In this document: in pieces, positions 59,525 through 64,000 of the stretch
Layout of the letters: the number at the start of each line of letters is the position of its first letter
How positions within the stretch are numbered: the first letter of the stretch is position 1
The notes under the pieces: generated by a model
The model's database searches: none
Told to the model about the DNA's origin: nothing
What the model saw: the letters and a program-made list of their open reading frames with translations, nothing else
NCBI GenBank assembly: GCA_965657355.1
Contig: CBFHOE010000009.1
Location: 32,001-96,000 of the forward strand
Length of the DNA: 64,000 bases
Direction of reading: 5' to 3'
DNA from: Limisphaerales bacterium
Lineage (GTDB): Bacteria > Verrucomicrobiota > Verrucomicrobiia > Limisphaerales > JAJOIW01
Program-made: the position numbers and the translations under genes

Positions 59525-59859
59525 GAGATAGTATAGACTTACATATTTAATTATAACTAATCAAAATAATTCACATGTATGAGGATTTTAATTAAAGCCT
59601 CTATCTAAATCTTTCGGATGCGCCCCCCGGATTTCGCTATAATAGAAACTTTCAGATATTTTATGCCAAGGAATGAATAGTCAGCTCGAATGGTCGCCGA
59701 ATACGGATGCTTTCAAAGGTCTGATGAATGGAATAATTTCAATCTGAGCTGTGCCGTACGGCAACCAAATCTACGTTGTCACGTATTAACCTATATTATC
59801 AAGGCATAGATCGGTTTCATGCGTGCCAAAAATCGAAAATATAATGTTTGGGTAAAGAC

Positions 59860-61032
59860 TTATTTCAGTAGCTCAGCGCAATACCATAACATCCTCGGCA
59901 GGTGAAAAGGGCCCTTCCAAAGATTACCTTTTATGGTCGAAGAAAGGCGCCCGTCTTTATGCGAGTATCCAAACCACTCACCACAGTCCCTGTCTTCAAA
60001 TGTCGACCGGTTGTATTTCCGAATCATTCGATGCCTCTCGGCATATTTTGGATTTCCAGTGAGCTTGAACGCGAGTAAGCAGGCAATTTCAGTTTCGATA
60101 TTGGGCCACCAAAACTTCATATCATGCCAATATTCCTGAACGGGTTTATGGTAAACATCTGTGAAATAAAGAATACCTCCATGTTTTTTGTCCCACCCCC
60201 GAGTCCACATCCAATCCAGCATTTTCACCCCCAGTAAGATCAATTCATCATCTTGTTTTATTTTTCCCTCGTGCATGATAAACCAGGCACATTCTATGGC
60301 ATGACCGGGATTGAGGGTTCGTTGGTCAAAATGATCCAGAATCTCCCCATTTTGGCCAACCTGCTCCATTACACAATTTATCTCAGGTTTGATAAAATAT
60401 GTCTTTATGTCTTCCACAAAATGTTGAATCCAATGATCAGCACTCTCGTATTGAAAATTCTCTCTGAGTTGCTGGGCCACATTTATAAGTATCATTGCCG
60501 GACCTATTGAACGGGTAGATCGGACTCCAGTAGTTTTGGCAGGCAGTTTTTCTGGGTGTAGATAATAGTCCACAGATTTTTCAAAAAGCTCCATGGCTCG
60601 TTTTTTTGCCTCTTCGTTTTGGGCAGCACGAGCGTAACTGGCATAGGCCAAACTGGCGAAACATTCAGAAAAATAATAACGCCTTTTCCGAATAGGGCTC
60701 CCATCTCGGCAGACGTGAAAAAACATCCGACCGTCCCCGCGCTTATCAAAACAATGCTCTTCCAAAAATTCCAAACCGGAGTGTGCTGCCTCCAGCCAAT
60801 CCTCATTTTTTTCGACAGTATTATACAAAGTCGAAAGCAACCATGAGAACCTGCCCTGCTGCCAAACTGGCTTATCATCATCCAACAGCTCTCCTTCCCT
60901 GTCTCTACAGACAAGATAGCCTCCATACTTTCGATCTAGGACCTTCGGATACCAGAATGGTAAAACATTTTCAAAAAGTTCCTTTTTATAGGATTCCCCT
61001 AGGGCGCCGAGCTCTTGATTTGAATAAGTCAT
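59860..61032 (-). CDS. N-acylglucosamine 2-epimerase (AGE family)
   Basis: VLPFW, DKPVWQQGR, RKRRYYFSECF, NPGHAIECAWF, YWHDMKFWWP..E, GEWFGY, KGNLWKGPFHLPR. Confidence 0.9.
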   Translation of the reverse strand: MTYSNQELGALGESYKKELFENVLPFWYPKVLDRKYGGYLVCRDREGELLDDDKPVWQQGRFSWLLSTLYNTVEKNEDWLEAAHSGLEFLEEHCFDKRGDGRMFFHVCRDGSPIRKRRYYFSECFASLAYASYARAAQNEEAKKRAMELFEKSVDYYLHPEKLPAKTTGVRSTRSIGPAMILINVAQQLRENFQYESADHWIQHFVEDIKTYFIKPEINCVMEQVGQNGEILDHFDQRTLNPGHAIECAWFIMHEGKIKQDDELILLGVKMLDWMWTRGWDKKHGGILYFTDVYHKPVQEYWHDMKFWWPNIETEIACLLAFKLTGNPKYAERHRMIRKYNRSTFEDRDCGEWFGYSHKDGRLSSTIKGNLWKGPFHLPRMLWYCAELLK

Positions 61033-61044
61033 TCAATAATTTAT

Positions 61045-62184
61045 CTATCGCTGAAATTTCACATCCAATGAATCAAACCCATTAATTCGCGAATATTTTT
61101 CCTCGACCTCAATATGCGGCTCTGCATTGAGAACACGAAAACTTCCCACTTTATCACACAGGCACTTGATAAGGGTTCTTACTATTAGACGCGCGTGGGG
61201 GGCGCCAAGGCACAAGTGAGTACCAAACCCAAAAGAAACATGTGGATTCGGTTTTCTATCCAACCTCACTTGTTCTGGCTTCTCGAACACAGATTTGTCA
61301 AAATTCGCAGAGGACCAACAGAGAGAAATCCTTTCATCAGCCTGAATGACCTGATCATTTACGATAGTTTCCTTTGGACATACTCGTCCAATATGAGTCA
61401 GGGGCATAAAAACCCTAAAAAACTCCTCGCTCGCATGTATAATTTTTTTTGGGTTTTCCTTCAAAAAACAAAAGGAATCTGAATGCTCTCCAAGATGCGC
61501 AATAATAGAGGAAATGCTATGTATAATGGTATCTCTACCTCCAGCAAATGTGAGGTTTGCAAATCCCATCATTTCTTCACGTGTCAAAGGTCTTCCTCGA
61601 AACTTTGCCTGATTAAGAGCACTGAAAAAATCCTCTCCAGGTTGGCTTTGCGTTTCATTAAATTTATTGTTGAGGTATGACTCGAGGTCTCCACCTTTGG
61701 ATTCCCCGTCTCGGAAGACATGAACCCCCCACCCGATATATGTTTCGGCCTCAGATTCGGGAACATTTAACAAATAGGTCAATGCTTTGGATTGGATAGG
61801 CAGGGCAAAATCCCGAACAACTTCTATTGAACTTTGGTTTAATGCCCAATCTACATAATGACTGATAAGTTTTCCAACCCGACTTATGACCTCAGGAGAT
61901 TTTGACCGTGCAAAGAATGGTTCAGCAATAGATCTATACTCGCCGTGTACCGGGGGGTCCGTCTCGATGGGCAACTGACGCATAGACCTCACATCCTCTT
62001 CGGATGGGATAGGAACTCTGAATGGAGAATCAGAACTGAATGATTGCCAGTCCTTTGCTGCTTTTCTCACATCCTCATGACGCAAAATCATGTGGATATC
62101 TTTCCCCTGAAATGGACATTTCATGAATCCATTTTTTTCACGAGATTCTCGAAAAGGATCCTTTAAGTCCGATTCACCATTCAT
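61045..62184 (-). CDS. Cytochrome P450, CYP236-like
   Basis: DPPVH, I-helix LTFAGGRDT, EEFFR (ExxR), SANFD, haem motif FGFGTHLCLG; CYP236 resemblance is from memory of the family. Confidence 0.93.
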   Translation of the reverse strand: MNGESDLKDPFRESREKNGFMKCPFQGKDIHMILRHEDVRKAAKDWQSFSSDSPFRVPIPSEEDVRSMRQLPIETDPPVHGEYRSIAEPFFARSKSPEVISRVGKLISHYVDWALNQSSIEVVRDFALPIQSKALTYLLNVPESEAETYIGWGVHVFRDGESKGGDLESYLNNKFNETQSQPGEDFFSALNQAKFRGRPLTREEMMGFANLTFAGGRDTIIHSISSIIAHLGEHSDSFCFLKENPKKIIHASEEFFRVFMPLTHIGRVCPKETIVNDQVIQADERISLCWSSANFDKSVFEKPEQVRLDRKPNPHVSFGFGTHLCLGAPHARLIVRTLIKCLCDKVGSFRVLNAEPHIEVEEKYSRINGFDSLDVKFQR

Positions 62185-62229
62185 AGCATACAAATTACTA
62201 ACCTATTGATCTGATAAAATTATGCGATA

Positions 62230-63762
62230 TTAATTCTGATTACCAAATGCATAGAGCTTACTATGTGTCCTGATATAAACGATGCCATCGACTATAGCAG
62301 GGGTAGCATAGACTTCCTCGCCCATTTTATTTATGGATTTAATTTCAGGAAAGTCACCCAGACTTATGACTGAAACTTCGCCAAAACCGGAAGTAGAATA
62401 AAGATGATTACCCGCAATAAGAGGAGAAGCATAGTGAGTTCCACCGCCCTTGGTTCTTTCAATCCACTCGCGCCTACCGGATTTCAAATCTAAGCATGTC
62501 AAGATCCCTCCATTCTTAACAAAGTATACCTTGCCCTTATAGTAAAGTGGCGAAGGTATTTCAGGAATGCCGCGCTTGAATAGGGTGCGGATATTGTTTT
62601 TAGGCACTATTCCAGAACTATCAAGTTTTATGGCCATAATCCCATGTGATTTGTATCGCGAACGCCATTCATCGACGTCCTTGACAAAAAGGCCCCATTC
62701 ATTTTCAGAAAAAATACCATCTCTATTTCTATCTGCTTGGTGAAATCGTATCTTTCCTCCATTCATTGGAGCTTCCTGTCCCTCTGGCCTGTGAAAAGCC
62801 CAGAGGGTAGGCCATTCATCTCGAGTCAAGTTTCCACTTTTGTCTTTATCGTTTGAAGAAATGAGAGATTTATAAGCCGGGACATCAGGACGTAATTCTG
62901 GTTCACCCATTTTATTCCATGCAGCTACGACGACTTCGCCATCGGCTATTATCGGGGTGCTGGTCGCTGTGGTTGCAGCTTTAGTTGTCCAAACTGTTTT
63001 TCCGGAATCCAAATCCACAGCCTGTATTGACCGTGCCCCATGAAATATTAGATTGTTGCCTGAAATGATTGGGCATGCGGTGCATGCCATTTCCATTTGG
63101 AATTTTTCCAATTGAGGAACGCGCCAAATTTCCTCACCTGTGTTTTTGTTCACCGCCAAAATGTAATGATCAACTAGATTACCCCTGTATAGAATAACCT
63201 TGTCTTTTTGAATAGATGGTGAGGTAGCGTTACCCCCAAATGTTCTTGGAAGAGGCATTCGAACCTCCCATAGTTTAGTGCCATCTATGTCATAACATAA
63301 TAGGCCGTATGAACCAAAGTAAGCGACGACCCTCTCTCCGTCAGTAGCCGGTGAACTGCTGGCCGGGTTGAACGATGGGTGCCCTTTTTCAAATTCTTCG
63401 ACTTGGGTATCACGTTGCCAAACGACTTTTCCTTCATGACGATTTATACAAACTAGAGAGAGTAATCTCTCTGATCTATTAAAGGTCGTTAAGAATATAA
63501 AATCACCGGCAATACACGGAGAGCTGTGGCCCGGGGCAACAGGCATATTCCAAATCTCATTTTTTCCAGGGCCAAAAGAAATCGGAGGGGCCTTCCCTTC
63601 GACGATCCCAGAAGAATTATGGCCACGAAATTGAGGCCAATGCACAATTCTTTCCGCACTAAGTTGCTGACCGCCAGCCGAAGATAGTAGCAACCAAACC
63701 GAGATGCCCACGAATTGTATTGCTAGTCTATAATGATAATACATATGAATACGTGGTCTCAT
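62230..63762 (-). CDS. PQQ-like beta-propeller protein (PVC-expanded BamB-like) with EF-hand pair
   Basis: HWPQFRG, GHSSP, ASSSPATDG, FGSYGL, SPLYYKG, YASPL, ATPAIVDG..YIRT..LYAFG; EF-hands DKDKSGNLTRDE and DRNRDGIFSENE. Confidence 0.88.
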   Translation of the reverse strand: MRPRIHMYYHYRLAIQFVGISVWLLLSSAGGQQLSAERIVHWPQFRGHNSSGIVEGKAPPISFGPGKNEIWNMPVAPGHSSPCIAGDFIFLTTFNRSERLLSLVCINRHEGKVVWQRDTQVEEFEKGHPSFNPASSSPATDGERVVAYFGSYGLLCYDIDGTKLWEVRMPLPRTFGGNATSPSIQKDKVILYRGNLVDHYILAVNKNTGEEIWRVPQLEKFQMEMACTACPIISGNNLIFHGARSIQAVDLDSGKTVWTTKAATTATSTPIIADGEVVVAAWNKMGEPELRPDVPAYKSLISSNDKDKSGNLTRDEWPTLWAFHRPEGQEAPMNGGKIRFHQADRNRDGIFSENEWGLFVKDVDEWRSRYKSHGIMAIKLDSSGIVPKNNIRTLFKRGIPEIPSPLYYKGKVYFVKNGGILTCLDLKSGRREWIERTKGGGTHYASPLIAGNHLYSTSGFGEVSVISLGDFPEIKSINKMGEEVYATPAIVDGIVYIRTHSKLYAFGNQN

Positions 63763-63768
63763 TCTGGA

Positions 63769-64000
63769 TCACCTGGAAAATGGAGCCAATTTACCTACTG
63801 ATTTAAATTTCTGGTCCTGCCAATTACTTAGTGGTGTTAACTTTATTAAACCAGCCAACTCCGAAACCATCATATTAGGTGATGGATATTTTGATTTTAA
63901 CTTTGGAAGCTGAATGGCACGATTTTTGATGAGTGATAATTGCAAACCACTTAATATAAGCTCAGTATCAAGGTTGGCTATGGCCACTTCCTTCATAACA
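63769..64000 (-). CDS. 3' end of a gene entering from the right edge (unknown product)
   Basis: Frame open to the window edge; stop 6 bp before the next start at 63762. Confidence 0.5.
   Translation of the reverse strand, partial: VMKEVAIANLDTELILSGLQLSLIKNRAIQLPKLKSKYPSPNMMVSELAGLIKLTPLSNWQDQKFKSVGKLAPFSR

Noticed and set aside
58634..61032. Sulfoglycolysis (YihS isomerase + YihU reductase) interpretation
   Set aside because: The AGE motifs match N-acylglucosamine 2-epimerases, and no sulfoquinovosidase, PfkB kinase or aldolase is present
1..64000. CRISPR arrays, tRNA/rRNA, IS elements, prophage or retroelement genes
   Set aside because: No regularly spaced repeats, RNA-gene signatures or transposase/integrase/RT motifs seen by eye; structured ncRNAs in the 300-550 bp gaps cannot be excluded without a covariance-model search

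Overview
Gene-dense, fairly AT-rich bacterial chromosomal segment whose gene content points to the PVC superphylum (most likely a marine Verrucomicrobiota or Planctomycetota genome; inferred from DUF1501, DUF1552, PSD1/PSD3-type cytochromes, PVC CxxCH dehydrogenase-like proteins and NhaA). It carries about 40 CDSs, dominated by exported carbohydrate/ester-modifying and redox proteins. These include 7 Cys-type sulfatase domains in 6 genes (one tandem double sulfatase, one sulfatase-esterase fusion), four haem-c proteins, a beta-propeller-cupredoxin fusion, DUF1080, ThuA, Gfo/Idh/MocA and TIM-barrel proteins, PhoD, GDSL and EEP hydrolases, plus pyc and nhaA. The right end holds a CYP236-like (sugar O-demethylase-type) cytochrome P450 next to an N-acylglucosamine 2-epimerase, followed by a dehydrogenase-isomerase-TRAP operon; this is the best candidate for an undescribed catabolic pathway. 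Reading the gaps revealed three elements absent from the ORF track: a left-edge sulfatase, a 53-aa membrane ORF and a decayed DUF1552 remnant. I saw no rRNA, tRNA, CRISPR array, integrase or transposase. All family assignments come from motif recognition by eye, not database searches.
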